In this document: positions 28,672-40,858 of the stretch, in pieces | How the letters are laid out: each line of letters begins with the position of its first letter | Numbering within the stretch: position 1 is the stretch's first letter | Source: a plasmid | Strand: one strand, 5' to 3' | Sequence record: NZ_CP123987.1 | Length of the DNA: 64,000 bases | Notes under the pieces: generated by a model | Told to the model about the DNA's origin: nothing | The model's input: the letters and a program-made list of their open reading frames with translations, nothing else | Databases searched by the model: none | Translations under genes and position numbers: made by a program

Positions 28672-29546
28672 TATTCCTCGTTTCTAATTAAAGAGTCCAT
28701 TAATGTGTCTAAGTTTTGTTGTCTAATTTCTAAATTATCAATTGCTGATAAATAGGGGACTAACTGAGTTATTAATCTATTAACATCACTTGTAATAAGT
28801 GTATAATGGTGGTTCAATTCACTTACTCTAAGTACAGCTGGTAATTTATTAAAAATATCTTCTATCAACTCACTATTGAAGGTTACTTGAACCTTTTTTA
28901 ACTGCTTTCCCATTTCATTTAAACTACCATCAAAAATAATCTTTTGATTATGCAGAAAAATAAACCTATTAGCAACTTTTTCTAATTCTTCTAAATAATG
29001 ACTAGTAATTAAAAATGTTTTCCCTTGTTTCTTTAACTCATCGACATGCTTCCAAAATTTAGTGCGACTTTCTGCATCCATTCCTACAGTAGGTTCGTCT
29101 AAGAAAATTAAATCTGGATTCCCGGCTAAAGTAAGAGCGAACTGTAGCTTTCTTTTTTGACCTCCAGATAATTTATCCATAGGATGGTTTGTATAATTTT
29201 GCAACTCTGATAAAGCTAATATCGCTTGATAAGACATAGGATTACGATAATATGTTCTAGTTAATTTAATTATTTCTTTCACTGTTATTCGATCTAAGGA
29301 GATATTTTCTTGCATCATTACTCCAATTAAATTTTTATCAAATTTTTCTTTCTCAAAAATCTTGCTTTGTCCACTATCTTGTTGAATTAACTTCGTAATA
29401 ATATTGATCAAAGTAGATTTCCCAGCACCATTTTTACCAATTAAGGCAACAATTTCTCCAGATTGAATTGAAAAATTAATATCATTTAAAACAACTTTAT
29501 TTTTATATTTTTTATTGATATTTTTTACTTCAAGTGCGGTGGTCAT
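28671..29546 (-). CDS. ABC transporter ATP-binding protein
   Basis: Walker A GKNGAGKST, signature LSGGQKRKL, Walker B LIFLDEPT. Confidence 0.85.
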   Translation of the reverse strand: MTTALEVKNINKKYKNKVVLNDINFSIQSGEIVALIGKNGAGKSTLINIITKLIQQDSGQSKIFEKEKFDKNLIGVMMQENISLDRITVKEIIKLTRTYYRNPMSYQAILALSELQNYTNHPMDKLSGGQKRKLQFALTLAGNPDLIFLDEPTVGMDAESRTKFWKHVDELKKQGKTFLITSHYLEELEKVANRFIFLHNQKIIFDGSLNEMGKQLKKVQVTFNSELIEDIFNKLPAVLRVSELNHHYTLITSDVNRLITQLVPYLSAIDNLEIRQQNLDTLMDSLIRNEE

Positions 29547-30073
29547 AATTTATCATCCTTCCCTGTATTACATCTTCAATATAAACAAAATCAGTTAAGG
29601 TTAATAGAATTGAAAGTCATTACTCTTCGTGACAATTGTCATAAGATGTATGGAATTAATACTATTAAATAAATAATTTCGAATTATGGTGATTTTTATA
29701 AATAACTTGTAATTATGTAAAAATACAGACCTAACTCAGAGCCTAAAATAAATCTATACAAGCCCTTTACATTGCTAAGGAGTTTTTTATGTTGCTTATT
29801 TTATCGCGATGAGTTGAACGTTATATTGATGTATAATAAAATTTTTGATAATATTATTAAGTCAAATTTATTATTGTCAGAGGAGAGCAAAGAAATTAGT
29901 TACGACTAATTTTCATAACACACACAATAATACAGAATTGCGTTTTTATTTTTAAAGGAGGAAGTTATCAAGCTATAAGGAAGATAATTTCATAAAATAT
30001 AAAGAAGGATTAAAATACCAAAGCACCGAACAAGCGGTGTGTATAATACATATTGTAGTTACAAGGGTGAAAC

Positions 30074-31453
30074 ATGATGACAAAACTTTTAATTACTAAC
30101 TATGAGCGGAATGTTTTGATTAATAGCTATCTTTTAAAAAATACACCTGAATTGGATGATATCAGAAGATTGCTTGTACATAATAAACATATCAGTGAAA
30201 ATGATGTGTCAACTGAAATGGCTAGAAGGATCAAGAAGCATAAAGCTGATTGGTTAAGAGTTACATATTTGGACTTAACAAAAGATAAAAGTAGGAGTTC
30301 GTATTATGTAAAAAATGGTGAAAAATTTACGTGCTATTTTTGTAATAAACCTTTGACATCAAAAGCTTATTTTGTTACTGATAAGGATGACAAAGTTTTT
30401 CAGGTTGGTTCAGAATGTGTAAAAAAAATAGCCAATCCAGAATTTATGATTAATTCACAATTGGCTAAAAACTCTAGAGAGCAAAAACGGTTAGAAAAAT
30501 TACAAGCAAATTATCCAGAAGCTATTGAAGTAGCAAAATATAATGTGTTAGCTATTAGATATATGTTCAAATTGGTTTTAAGCAAGAAAGAGTTGGATAA
30601 ATTACAAAATATAGTTAAGAAATGTCACAATATAGTCCGTAGGTATATTAGTGGAAAAGGTAGTGGAACAGGGGATTTGAGTCTTTACACAAAGGAGTTC
30701 AATAGATATAAAAATTGGTTGATGAATTATCACACAGATAATCTAGATACACCATCGAGATTTCCCACTTCTATACTAACAAACATGATTATTACAGGTC
30801 AAAAAGATGAAGCAAATAAGATATATGATAATGTTAGTAAAAGTGATGGAATTATTACTAATGATATAGCTATTAAAATTAAAAATGAAGAATTTTTAAA
30901 TTGGTGTCTATCAAATATGCTAAGATTTGATGGATATGAAAAACATAAGATAACGGTATCGAAGTTTGGTGAATTTAATATGGTAGTTGGTAAAAGACGC
31001 AATAATTATTGGTATAAAGTTGATTCTTCTATCATGTTAAGGATGGCAAATTATCCCAAAATAAAGCCATTGTCAGTCGAACGATTATCATTATTAAAAG
31101 ATGGAATGATTCCAACTCCTGAAACACGTAAAAAATTGATAGCAGATTTCATATTGTTATTAAACAATAATAAATTCCACATATACCATCCAAATTTAAA
31201 AAGGTTATCTGACAGAAATTACAGAAAATATTCTAATAATATATATGTATATTCGAATAAAGGAGATTTAGCGATTTTTAGTATTGATGATATTTTAAAT
31301 AAAATAATGTTAGATTATATTACTACACCAAATTCTGTTAAATTAAACATACACAACCTCGTAGATAATGCGAATAAAATTACTGTAAAAGAATTGACAC
31401 AACAAATTGAAAAAGATATACAAATTGACCAATCAATAAAGGAATTATTTTAA
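30074..31453 (+). CDS. hypothetical protein (459 aa), Lys/Asn-rich, contains CYFCN...ECVKK Cys pairs
   Basis: long ORF with RBS; flanked by over 500 bp of AT-rich non-coding DNA; no family recognised. Confidence 0.4.
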   Translation: MMTKLLITNYERNVLINSYLLKNTPELDDIRRLLVHNKHISENDVSTEMARRIKKHKADWLRVTYLDLTKDKSRSSYYVKNGEKFTCYFCNKPLTSKAYFVTDKDDKVFQVGSECVKKIANPEFMINSQLAKNSREQKRLEKLQANYPEAIEVAKYNVLAIRYMFKLVLSKKELDKLQNIVKKCHNIVRRYISGKGSGTGDLSLYTKEFNRYKNWLMNYHTDNLDTPSRFPTSILTNMIITGQKDEANKIYDNVSKSDGIITNDIAIKIKNEEFLNWCLSNMLRFDGYEKHKITVSKFGEFNMVVGKRRNNYWYKVDSSIMLRMANYPKIKPLSVERLSLLKDGMIPTPETRKKLIADFILLLNNNKFHIYHPNLKRLSDRNYRKYSNNIYVYSNKGDLAIFSIDDILNKIMLDYITTPNSVKLNIHNLVDNANKITVKELTQQIEKDIQIDQSIKELF

Positions 31454-31466
31454 AAGGAGATAAAAT

Positions 31467-32042
31467 ATGTTTTGTACTAAATGCGGAGCAAAGAACCCAG
31501 AAGATGCAACTTTTTGTTATAAATGTGGAAATGAAATGTACACAGATAAAACAAGAACTATGGTAGATGATACTACTGATACTACTGACGAAATTGTAGC
31601 AGAAGAAGTTAATCCCCTAATTGATTTTTGGACTAATATTGTTAATTTTGAAGGTAAAATGAATAGACATAACTTCTGGGTTGCTGTGTTCATAATGGCA
31701 CTTATTAACATAGTAATTGTAGCGATATCATATGGTACAGAAGCTATGATATTATGGTATCTTTACGACCTATTCTTCCTTATTGCAACACTATCTGCTT
31801 CCGTGAGAAGATTACACGATATAAATAAAAGCGGTGCATATGTATTACTTAATCTTATACCGCTTGTTGGACAAGTAGCATTGCTGATTATGTTGTTGCA
31901 AGAAAACGAAGTAGATAAAAAGAAGGTCGTAGACGACCCTATAAATAATATGGATGACAAAGGTTTTTATCTTACAGCTGCTGTTTTTATAGGCATTATC
32001 TTAGTAATACTTTTGCCATTATTACTCAATGGTACTTTATAA
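31467..32042 (+). CDS. zinc-ribbon plus DUF805-type membrane protein
   Basis: N-terminal CTKCG...CYKCG zinc ribbon; C-terminal TM region with RLHDINKSGAYVLLNLIPLVG typical of DUF805. Confidence 0.6.
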   Translation: MFCTKCGAKNPEDATFCYKCGNEMYTDKTRTMVDDTTDTTDEIVAEEVNPLIDFWTNIVNFEGKMNRHNFWVAVFIMALINIVIVAISYGTEAMILWYLYDLFFLIATLSASVRRLHDINKSGAYVLLNLIPLVGQVALLIMLLQENEVDKKKVVDDPINNMDDKGFYLTAAVFIGIILVILLPLLLNGTL

Positions 32043-33080
32043 TTAATATTTAAGCCCTAGTAATTAGGCTTTTATATATCGCCAATATGTGATCGCTTAC
32101 TAATAAAATAATAAGATGTTTTTGAAATGATTGGCTAGTCAAAACTTAAACATAAAAGTTAAGCTAGACTTTGACGAGTCGAACTTAAAGAGTTTAAACC
32201 TAGGTACAGTAAGGGTAGAATCAGATGTAAATCACTTTAAGAGTAAGTTAAGGTCAGTTTTGAATAGTAATTTTAAGATTACTCCAAAGATAAACACAAA
32301 AGGTATATCTAACCGACTAAGCAACATCAAGAATGATATGAGGGAATTTAGAAACGCTGCTCCTATCAAAATTAATTTTGAGTTAATAAAGATGTATTTA
32401 GTGATATAGCTGTTGTATTAAGACAATTAGAGAAGATACATCGCGGTGAATTAAGATTATATTAGTATTGTATAGAGTGTTTTCAAGTACTACAATAATC
32501 ATAGTAAGTTAGAAAGTACGAGTTTCTAACTCACTATGATTGGATACTAATGTTCATGCTTATCAACTAAGCGTTTTAAAGCTTTAACATTAGCAAAATA
32601 TATCTTTCAACATCGGATACAATGCACTAACTAAAGTACAATAAAATGTAACCGTGTTGACGTCAACATTTTTCATAGAATACCACTATCTTGTTAAAAT
32701 TGATTGTATAAATCTACTTAGTAAGAAGGTGGTATTTTTTGTATTCTTATATGTTTATTGCTACTTGGGGTACTTTATAGTTACCCCTTAACATTGGAAT
32801 TATAACGAGGAAACTCAAGGGTTACCTTGTTCAATACGTCGCGATGACTATTATATAATTAACTAGAATGATGAGAGCTTACAGATGCTTTGTATTCAAA
32901 GTACAAGCAGTCTTAACAAAAGTATACCTTTATTGTTAAAGAGTTTACACGTGATTATATTAAGTATGTGGTTATTGCTATAAACTTTGATATAATAACG
33001 TTTGTACGGTATAATAAAAACCAGAAACTTACGTGTGTTTCTACTAAATATATACAAAATCAAAAGGACGATATTATTAT

Positions 33081-33413
33081 ATGTTATACAATGAAAAATT
33101 GGTGCTTAACAATATTAGAAAACTAAGAAAAGAAAAGAAGTTAACACAAGATGAAGTATCTAAATTTTTAGGTATTGCTCGTGGGTCTTATGCAAAAACA
33201 GAAAACGGCATTAATAAAATAACCCTTGATATAGTTTTAAAATTAAGCAGATTGTACAATACAAGTATTGAGGGTTTATTATGTCTATCTAATGATAACA
33301 ATGAATTAGATACCGTATTAAAAGAAGGTGTTACATACAATGGCAAAACACTTTCAAGTACTGATATAATCGCGCTCAAAGCCTTTTTACAGGGTCTAAT
33401 AGCTAATAAGTAA
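33081..33413 (+). CDS. XRE-family HTH transcriptional regulator
   Basis: 110 aa; HTH_3-like LTQDEVSKFLGIARGSYAKTENG. Confidence 0.7.
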   Translation: MLYNEKLVLNNIRKLRKEKKLTQDEVSKFLGIARGSYAKTENGINKITLDIVLKLSRLYNTSIEGLLCLSNDNNELDTVLKEGVTYNGKTLSSTDIIALKAFLQGLIANK

Positions 33414-33730
33414 ATTATAAAATAGTGTAAGAGTAGCTAGACAATATCTCCAAAGCAAGTAGGGGACTTTATGTTATTTGTAATGCTGTTGCTTATCCTT
33501 ATAACATCGGCAATGATTTAAGGCGTTTATATTAACATATGTAATGGAATAACTACCGTAATTATAAATACGCTTGTTGTTAATTGTTAAAAGAACTATT
33601 AAGATGCTTGGAATTAATACTATTAAGTAAATAATTAGAATAATTTTGAAAATACTTACTATTCATGGTGCCGGAACTATACTAATTGTTGTATAATTTA
33701 GGTATGCGATGTTTGAAAGGGGTATAATTA

Positions 33731-34414
33731 ATGAACCAAGATGAATTAAAGCAATTAGTAGGTACAAAGGCAGTTGAATGGATTAAAGATGGCATGATTG
33801 TCGGTCTAGGAACAGGTTCAACTGTTAAATACATGGTTGATGCACTTGGAAAACGTGTAAACGAAGAAGGTCTAAACATTGTTGGTGTTACAACTTCTAT
33901 TAGAACAGCTGAACAAGCTAAGTCTTTGGGCATTGTTATCAAAGATATTGATGAAGTTGATCATATTGATTTAACAATCGATGGTGCTGACGAAATTTCT
34001 TCTGACTTCCAAGGAATTAAAGGTGGCGGTGCAGCTTTACTATATGAAAAGATTGTTGCAACTAAATCTAATAAGAATATGTGGATTGTCGATGAAAGTA
34101 AAATGGTCGATGATCTAGGACAATTCCCATTACCAGTTGAAGTTATCCCTTATGGTAGTGGTACTGTCTTTAAACGCTTTGAAGAAAAAGGATTAAATCC
34201 AGAATTTAGAAAAAATGAAGATGGCAGTTTACTTCATACAGACTCTGATAACTATATTATCGATCTTCACTTAGGTAAAATTGAAAATCCTAAAGAACTT
34301 GGAGATTACCTAATTAATCAAGTAGGAGTTGTCGAACACGGATTATTCTTAGACATCGTAAATACTGTTATTGTTGGGCGTCAAGATGGCCCTGAGGTTC
34401 TTGAAGCCAGATAA
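33731..34414 (+). CDS. rpiA: ribose-5-phosphate isomerase A
   Basis: 227 aa; GLGTGST and DGADE motifs. Confidence 0.9.
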   Translation: MNQDELKQLVGTKAVEWIKDGMIVGLGTGSTVKYMVDALGKRVNEEGLNIVGVTTSIRTAEQAKSLGIVIKDIDEVDHIDLTIDGADEISSDFQGIKGGGAALLYEKIVATKSNKNMWIVDESKMVDDLGQFPLPVEVIPYGSGTVFKRFEEKGLNPEFRKNEDGSLLHTDSDNYIIDLHLGKIENPKELGDYLINQVGVVEHGLFLDIVNTVIVGRQDGPEVLEAR

Positions 34415-34430
34415 TTCGAGGTGAATTTAT

Positions 34431-35078
34431 ATGAAAATAGCTCCTTCTATTCTTAGCGCTGATATGTTAAATCTAGGTGCTGATGTACAAAAGGTAGAAG
34501 ATGCCGGTGCTGAATATCTCCATATTGATATTATGGACGGAAATTTTGTTCCCAATCTGTCTTTTGGTGCTAATGTAGTTAAAGCATTAAGACCACAAAG
34601 TAAAATGGTGTTTGACGTTCATTTGATGGTGAATAACCCTGAAAATTGGGTAGAAGACTTCATAAAAGCTGGTGCAGACATTGTAGGTGTTCATTATGAA
34701 GCTACACCACACATTCATCGTGCATTAGATTTAATCAAGAAAAACAATGCTAAGGCTGAAGTAGTAATTAATCCAGGAACACCAGTTAGTGCAATTGAAA
34801 GTGTTCTATCAATTGTTGATCAAGTACTTGTTATGACAGTTGATCCTGGATTTGGTGGACAAAAATTCATACCAGAAACATTAGAAAAGATTCGCCAACT
34901 ACATCAAATAAAAGAAGAAAGAAATCTTAACTTTGATATAGAAGTTGATGGTGGAATTAACGAAGAAACCGTTAAGTTATGTCGAGAAGCTGGCGCAACA
35001 GTTGCGGTTGCCGGATCATACGTTTTTAATTCTGGTAATGAAACTCATGCTGAAAGAATAAATAAATTACGTAATTAA
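34431..35078 (+). CDS. rpe: ribulose-phosphate 3-epimerase
   Basis: 215 aa; PSILSAD...HIDIMDG...HLMV motifs. Confidence 0.9.
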   Translation: MKIAPSILSADMLNLGADVQKVEDAGAEYLHIDIMDGNFVPNLSFGANVVKALRPQSKMVFDVHLMVNNPENWVEDFIKAGADIVGVHYEATPHIHRALDLIKKNNAKAEVVINPGTPVSAIESVLSIVDQVLVMTVDPGFGGQKFIPETLEKIRQLHQIKEERNLNFDIEVDGGINEETVKLCREAGATVAVAGSYVFNSGNETHAERINKLRN

Positions 35079-35096
35079 TATATAGAAGATACTACT

Positions 35097-35672
35097 GTGA
35101 TTAGTGGTATCTTCTATTTTTATATATTGATGAAAGCGTGGGGAAAAATGACTATACATGATTCGAATGTTCGGGAAAAATTACTTCAATTAGGAAGTCA
35201 AAAACGGTACAATTTTACAGCTGAATATGCAAGGTGTGGTTACAAAGTTACATATAGGCGTGGATTAGATAGAGATAAATTAGCTCCAACAATTATGTTC
35301 AAAAATGTTAAGATAAATAACAATCTAGTTACAGACCATCTGTGGTTCAACTACACAAAAGGCTTTGCTGAGTTGGGAAAACTAATTGTTGGGGATGTTA
35401 TTAGTTTTAATGCAAGAGTTGCTAGCTATGAGAAATTAGGACATAAAATAGATTATAAATTAGAACGTCCAACAAAAGTTAAATTAGTTCCCCATAAAAA
35501 TGGTAAAGATGCTTTGCCTATACCTAACACTACAAAAGGTAAAAATGAGTTGTTGGGATACATTATGCTAGAGAATAAAAAATTTTATCAAGAAAATAAT
35601 CGTCCATATTACCCATGGTATGTTGAAAAGTATAAAAAATTCTTAGATCAAAGATCTTCTAACACTGTTTAA
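35097..35672 (+). CDS. hypothetical protein (true start probably an internal Met, e.g. near 35148)
   Basis: ORF co-oriented after rpe; no family recognised. Confidence 0.35.
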   Translation: MISGIFYFYILMKAWGKMTIHDSNVREKLLQLGSQKRYNFTAEYARCGYKVTYRRGLDRDKLAPTIMFKNVKINNNLVTDHLWFNYTKGFAELGKLIVGDVISFNARVASYEKLGHKIDYKLERPTKVKLVPHKNGKDALPIPNTTKGKNELLGYIMLENKKFYQENNRPYYPWYVEKYKKFLDQRSSNTV

Positions 35673-36197
35673 CAATAGATACACTTTAAAGTCTCCAATT
35701 TACTATAAAGATTAGGGGGCTTTTTTGTCATGATTAATTCTTAATTCATCTTTCTAAAAAATGTACGTTTTTCATAAAGATGGATAGAGAGAAATCCAAA
35801 CAGTGTAATATAATCTCATTATAGCTTTATTGATTAATTTTGATGTTTATCAAAAATCATATTTTTTCAGAAAGTTAAAATAACTTTTTATTTTATCAAA
35901 AATTGATTTCCTAAGTTTGACTTTAATAATCTATCTACAATCTGCTATTTATAAAAAAACAAATTTGCATACTTTTAATTTGGCTATAACAACTGATTCC
36001 ATTCAATAATTCTTCATCAAAACAATTATATTAACATACCAATCCTTATATTATATTGATATTCAACTTTTTAAATAAGCAAAAACAATTATTTACTTAT
36101 ATTTTTAATTTTACCCTTGCTTTTATTCGTAAATGAGAGTAGAGTTATACTTGTAAGTTAAGGAAAGCATTTACATTTATTAAGGTGGTAATTATAT

Positions 36198-36500
36198 ATG
36201 AATAAAATTATTATTAGCAAGTTAAACAATGACGAAAATAAGATTGAATGGCGTATTTCTAACAGTGAAACTGGACATTACTTAAATATTTCAATTTCCC
36301 GTGCATTAGAAGATGCTATGAAGAAAAAGCGTAATTTATCCTTTAACCGCTTTGAATCTGAACAAATTAACAATTTGTCTCACTTAGTTACAAACATTCA
36401 AGAAGACTACGTTCTTAATATTGATGAATCAAATATTAGTTCTAGTTATTTACCATTAAAGGGTATCGACGCATTATCATATATGAAAACCGTCGAATAA
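36198..36500 (+). CDS. hypothetical small protein
   Basis: 100-aa ORF with RBS AAGGTGG. Confidence 0.35.
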   Translation: MNKIIISKLNNDENKIEWRISNSETGHYLNISISRALEDAMKKKRNLSFNRFESEQINNLSHLVTNIQEDYVLNIDESNISSSYLPLKGIDALSYMKTVE

Positions 36501-36757
36501 GTGATTATAAGCATTAAATTAAGTTGTTATTTTAATACTTATCTTGGATATACTTAAGTATTCTTAATTGATTAAAGATTTATCTGTCAACAGCCTCTAT
36601 TTTAATGATAGAGGTTGTTTTTTTGTTAAATATTTTACAGTTGCATTGTTTTTGACTAATTAAATATTTAAATTCTCTTATTATTCCTTTGTATTCTTGC
36701 TATCTCTACTTTTTAGGTTTATATTAATTCTAGTTATTTTTCGAAAGGAATGGTTAC

Positions 36758-37636
36758 ATGTATTACAATGCAGCTCTAGTTTTAGAAGGTGGTGCAATGC
36801 GTGGCCTCTATACTTCTGGCGTTCTAGATACATTTTTGGAACATGATATTCAATTTGATTGTGTTATTGGAGTTTCTGCAGGGTCTCTAAATGGCGCTAA
36901 TTTCGTTTCAAAACAATATCAAAGAACTTATAATGTAAATGTTAAATACCGTAAAGATCATGACTATATCTCCTTAGCACGCCCTTTTAAGCATGAAAGT
37001 ATTATTAACTTAGATTTCTTATTTGATGATCATGGATTAGATTGGCATAATTTCGATAATAAAGCCTATTTAAAGTCTGAAACTGATTTTATTGTTGTAG
37101 CTACTTCTCTAGAAAGCGGAAAAGCTGTAACGCTACGTAATCCCCAACCTGGTCAAGATTTAATTGATGCCTTAGAAGCTTCTTCATCTATGCCTTTCAT
37201 CTCAAAGCCACATAATACTTCTAAAGGACTTTGTCTAGATGGTGGTATTGCTAACTCTATCCCTTTTGATATCGCTCAAAAAATGGGTTTTCAAAAAATT
37301 ATAGTTGTTCGTACTCGCCCACGTGATTATCGCAAAAAGCCTACTAGTTTTGCTTTAAAACGCCTCTACAGTAATAGCTTCAAGGAATACCCAGAATTCG
37401 TTAAAACGGCTATCAGACGTCCTGAAATGTATAACCATTCTGTTGAAGTTTTAAATAAACTTGAACACAACGACAAAATTTTTTGTTTAGCACCCAATGA
37501 TCCAGTTAAAGTTGGTAGGCTTGAACACAATACTAAAAAGATGACTGAACTCTATAATATAGGTAGAAATGATGCTGAAAGTAATCTTGAAGCAATGCTT
37601 AACTATCTTCAAAAAAGTGAACCCCTATATGACTAA
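36758..37636 (+). CDS. patatin-like phospholipase
   Basis: GGAMRG oxyanion motif and GVSAG (GxSxG) nucleophile elbow. Confidence 0.8.
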   Translation: MYYNAALVLEGGAMRGLYTSGVLDTFLEHDIQFDCVIGVSAGSLNGANFVSKQYQRTYNVNVKYRKDHDYISLARPFKHESIINLDFLFDDHGLDWHNFDNKAYLKSETDFIVVATSLESGKAVTLRNPQPGQDLIDALEASSSMPFISKPHNTSKGLCLDGGIANSIPFDIAQKMGFQKIIVVRTRPRDYRKKPTSFALKRLYSNSFKEYPEFVKTAIRRPEMYNHSVEVLNKLEHNDKIFCLAPNDPVKVGRLEHNTKKMTELYNIGRNDAESNLEAMLNYLQKSEPLYD

Positions 37637-37721
37637 AAATACATTTTAAAACCAAAAAACATGGTATCTACTTAGCAAAACTAAGCGATACCATGTTTTT
37701 ATTTTATATTTGCCAATTTAG

Positions 37722-38567
37722 CTAGCTTGGTTGTTGATCCAAAGTATTAATGCCTGGATACCAATCTTTATATCCTTGATATCTATCTACTTCTAGCAGT
37801 TTTTCAGCATTTTTTACTCTTTCTGGCGTAGGAGGCTCAACACCTTCAAGACGATATCTGATACCCATTTCCTGATACTTATGAACGCCCATTGTATGAT
37901 AAGGTAATACTTCAAATTTTTCGACATTATGAAGATTTTCCTTAACATACTCGCCCAATTGTTTCAAGTATTCATCATTATCCGTGATGCCTGGGATAAG
38001 GACATGACGAATCCAAACAGGTTTCCCTATACTAGAAAGATATTCGCACATATCCAAAATATTATCATTTGGGAATCCGGTTAATCTCTTATGTTCGTCC
38101 GAATTAATATGCTTGATATCAACTAATAAAATGTCGGTATAGTCCATTAACTCATTGAACTTACTAAACCAAGGTTCTCTTCTTGTAAATGGCTGTCCAC
38201 AAGTGTCCAAACAAGTGCTAATACCTTCTTCCTTGCACATCTTGAATAACTCTAGTGCAAAATCTATTTGCAATAGAATTTCACCACCTGATAAAGTTAT
38301 TCCACCTTTGTCGCCCCAAAAGCTGCGATAAGGAAGTGCCTTGTTTAGAACTTCTTCAGTCGTCATTTGTGAACCTACCCTTGTTTTCCAAGTGTCCGGA
38401 TTGTGACAGAACTTACACCTCATATGGCAACCTTGCATAAAAGCGACAAAACGTATACCTGGTCCATCAACAGCTCCAAAAGTTTCCAAAGAGTGTACAT
38501 ATCCTACGACATGACCGTCTTTAGTTGGAACTGGATTCAATAAAGGATTAGCACTCATTCTCTCCAC
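37722..38567 (-). CDS. pflA: pyruvate formate-lyase activating enzyme (radical SAM)
   Basis: CHMRCKFCHN radical-SAM cluster motif; directly downstream of pflB. Confidence 0.9.
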   Translation of the reverse strand: MERMSANPLLNPVPTKDGHVVGYVHSLETFGAVDGPGIRFVAFMQGCHMRCKFCHNPDTWKTRVGSQMTTEEVLNKALPYRSFWGDKGGITLSGGEILLQIDFALELFKMCKEEGISTCLDTCGQPFTRREPWFSKFNELMDYTDILLVDIKHINSDEHKRLTGFPNDNILDMCEYLSSIGKPVWIRHVLIPGITDNDEYLKQLGEYVKENLHNVEKFEVLPYHTMGVHKYQEMGIRYRLEGVEPPTPERVKNAEKLLEVDRYQGYKDWYPGINTLDQQPS

Positions 38568-38584
38568 CTACTCTCTTCTAATTA

Positions 38585-40858
38585 TTACATTGAAGCATGG
38601 AAGGTTCTTGCAATAACGTCATCTTGTTGTTCTTTAGTTAAATCAGCAAAGTATACACAGTAACCTGAAACACGAATTGTTAATGTTGGATACTTCTCTG
38701 GATGTGCTTGAGCATCTAATAAAGTATCTCTGTTGAATACATTAATATTCAAATGATGACCATCTTTTCTCATATAGCCTCCGATCATGTTTACCAATGT
38801 ATCTTCTTGCATCTTTTCATCATGACCCAATGTTGTTGGTGTTACAGCAAATGTATTAGAAATACCATCTGTAGCATACTTGTATGGTAATTTAGCAACG
38901 GATAATAGTGATGCTAAAGCACCTGTTGTATCTGCTCCGTATGCTGGGTTAGCACCTGGTGCAAATGGTTCACCCTTTTGACGACCATTTGGAGTAGTAC
39001 CTGTGTTCTTACCATAAACAACATTTGAAGTAATTGTAAGAACGGATGTTGTTAACTTAGCTCCACGATATAGATGATGCTTGCTCATCTTAGTAAATAG
39101 TTCCTTAACAAGCCATGCAGCAATATCGTCAACACGATCATCATCGTTACCATAACGAGGGAAGTCATGATCTGCCTTGAAGTCAACAGCAATACCATCT
39201 TCGTCACGAATTACTTTAACATGTCCGTACTTGATAGCTGAAATTGAGTCAGCAGCAACAGACAATCCAGAGATACCTGTAGCAAAGCTACGATCTACCA
39301 ATGTATCTTTCAATGCCATTTGTGCTGATTCATAGTAATACTTGTCATGCATGTAATGAATTGTGTTCAAAGCATTTACGTAAATATCAGCAATCCATTC
39401 CATCATGTCATCGAATTTCTTCATGAATTCATCGTAGTCAATGTATTCTGAGCTAATTGGTTCGTATGCAGGACCTACTTGTTGTTTTGTAAGTTCATCC
39501 TTACCACCATTGATAGCATACAATACAGCCTTAGCTAGATTTGCACGAGCTCCGAAGAATTGCATACCATTTGCAATTGGTTGTGCAGATACACAGCAAG
39601 CAATGCCATAGTAGTCTGTTCCCCATGTCTTCATCATTAAGTCATCGTTTTCGTATTGAATTGTAGAACTTGCAATAGATACACTTGCAGCATAGTGCTT
39701 AAATGATTCAGGCAAACGATCAGACCAAAGTAATGTAATATTTGGTTCTGGTGCGGCACCCATATTATGCAATGTATTTAAGAAACGATATGATGTCTTA
39801 GTTACATGGTGACGTCCATCTAAGCCCATACCAGCAATTGATAATGTTGCCCAGATAGGGTTACCTGAGAATAGTGAGTTGTAAGCTGGTGTACGAATGA
39901 AGCATACCATTCTCAATTTCATTGTGAATTGGTCAATTAATTCTTGTGCTTCTTTTTCAGTTAAAATACCACGCTTCATATCACGTTCAATGTAAATATC
40001 GATGAATGAATCGATACGACCAATAGACATAGCAGCACCATTTTGTTGCTTGATAGATGCTAAGTAACCAAAGTATAGCCATTGAATTGCTTCTTTAGCT
40101 GTTGTAGCTGGTTTAGAAATGTCATAGCCATAGGATTCAGCCATAATCTTCATATCGTTTAAGGCTTTGATTTGGTCAGAAATTTCTTCACGCATTTGGA
40201 TTACGTCGTTAGTCATTTCACCATCGCCGCAATTTTCCAAATCCTTCTTCTTTCCTTCGATCAAACGATCAATACCGTATAATGCAATACGTGGGAAGTC
40301 TCCAATCAAACGGCCACGACCATATGCATCTGGTAGTCCAGTGATAATCTTGTTGTGGCGAGCTTTCATGATTTCGCTTGTGTATGCATCAAATACACCT
40401 TGGTTATGCGTCTTAGATAGATTTTCAAATACGAAGTCTGTTTCTGGATCAATCTTGAATCCATAAGCTTCCAAAGCACCTTTAGCCATTCTGATACCAC
40501 CATATGGCATAAGTGCACGTTTCATAGGTTTATCTGTTTGTAAACCAACAATCTTTTCTAATGACTTGTCTAAATAACCTGGTTTATGAGATGTAATTGT
40601 TGATACTACTTTTGTATCAGCTTCAAGAGGTCCACCATGTGCACGTTCTTTTAATTTTAAGTCGATTAATTTATCGTTTAACTTCGTTGTAGCTTCGGTT
40701 GGTCCTTCAAGGAAAGATTGATCTCCATCATATGGAGTGAAGTTATCTTGAATAAATTCACGAATATCAATTTCTTCTTTCCATTCTTTTCCTCTAAATC
40801 CTTCCCAAGCATCTTTTACATCAACGTTTTGCATTTGAGTCTTTTCAACCATACTCAA
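38585..40858 (-). CDS. pflB: formate C-acetyltransferase (pyruvate formate-lyase)
   Basis: 757 aa; glycyl-radical motif RVSGY near C-terminus; catalytic CC (GIACCVS). Confidence 0.9.
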   Translation of the reverse strand: MSMVEKTQMQNVDVKDAWEGFRGKEWKEEIDIREFIQDNFTPYDGDQSFLEGPTEATTKLNDKLIDLKLKERAHGGPLEADTKVVSTITSHKPGYLDKSLEKIVGLQTDKPMKRALMPYGGIRMAKGALEAYGFKIDPETDFVFENLSKTHNQGVFDAYTSEIMKARHNKIITGLPDAYGRGRLIGDFPRIALYGIDRLIEGKKKDLENCGDGEMTNDVIQMREEISDQIKALNDMKIMAESYGYDISKPATTAKEAIQWLYFGYLASIKQQNGAAMSIGRIDSFIDIYIERDMKRGILTEKEAQELIDQFTMKLRMVCFIRTPAYNSLFSGNPIWATLSIAGMGLDGRHHVTKTSYRFLNTLHNMGAAPEPNITLLWSDRLPESFKHYAASVSIASSTIQYENDDLMMKTWGTDYYGIACCVSAQPIANGMQFFGARANLAKAVLYAINGGKDELTKQQVGPAYEPISSEYIDYDEFMKKFDDMMEWIADIYVNALNTIHYMHDKYYYESAQMALKDTLVDRSFATGISGLSVAADSISAIKYGHVKVIRDEDGIAVDFKADHDFPRYGNDDDRVDDIAAWLVKELFTKMSKHHLYRGAKLTTSVLTITSNVVYGKNTGTTPNGRQKGEPFAPGANPAYGADTTGALASLLSVAKLPYKYATDGISNTFAVTPTTLGHDEKMQEDTLVNMIGGYMRKDGHHLNINVFNRDTLLDAQAHPEKYPTLTIRVSGYCVYFADLTKEQQDDVIARTFHASM

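Noticed and set aside
32131-32409. 92-aa plus-strand ORF in the AT-rich non-coding stretch
   Set aside because: Asn/Lys-rich low-complexity translation typical of AT-rich DNA, no RBS
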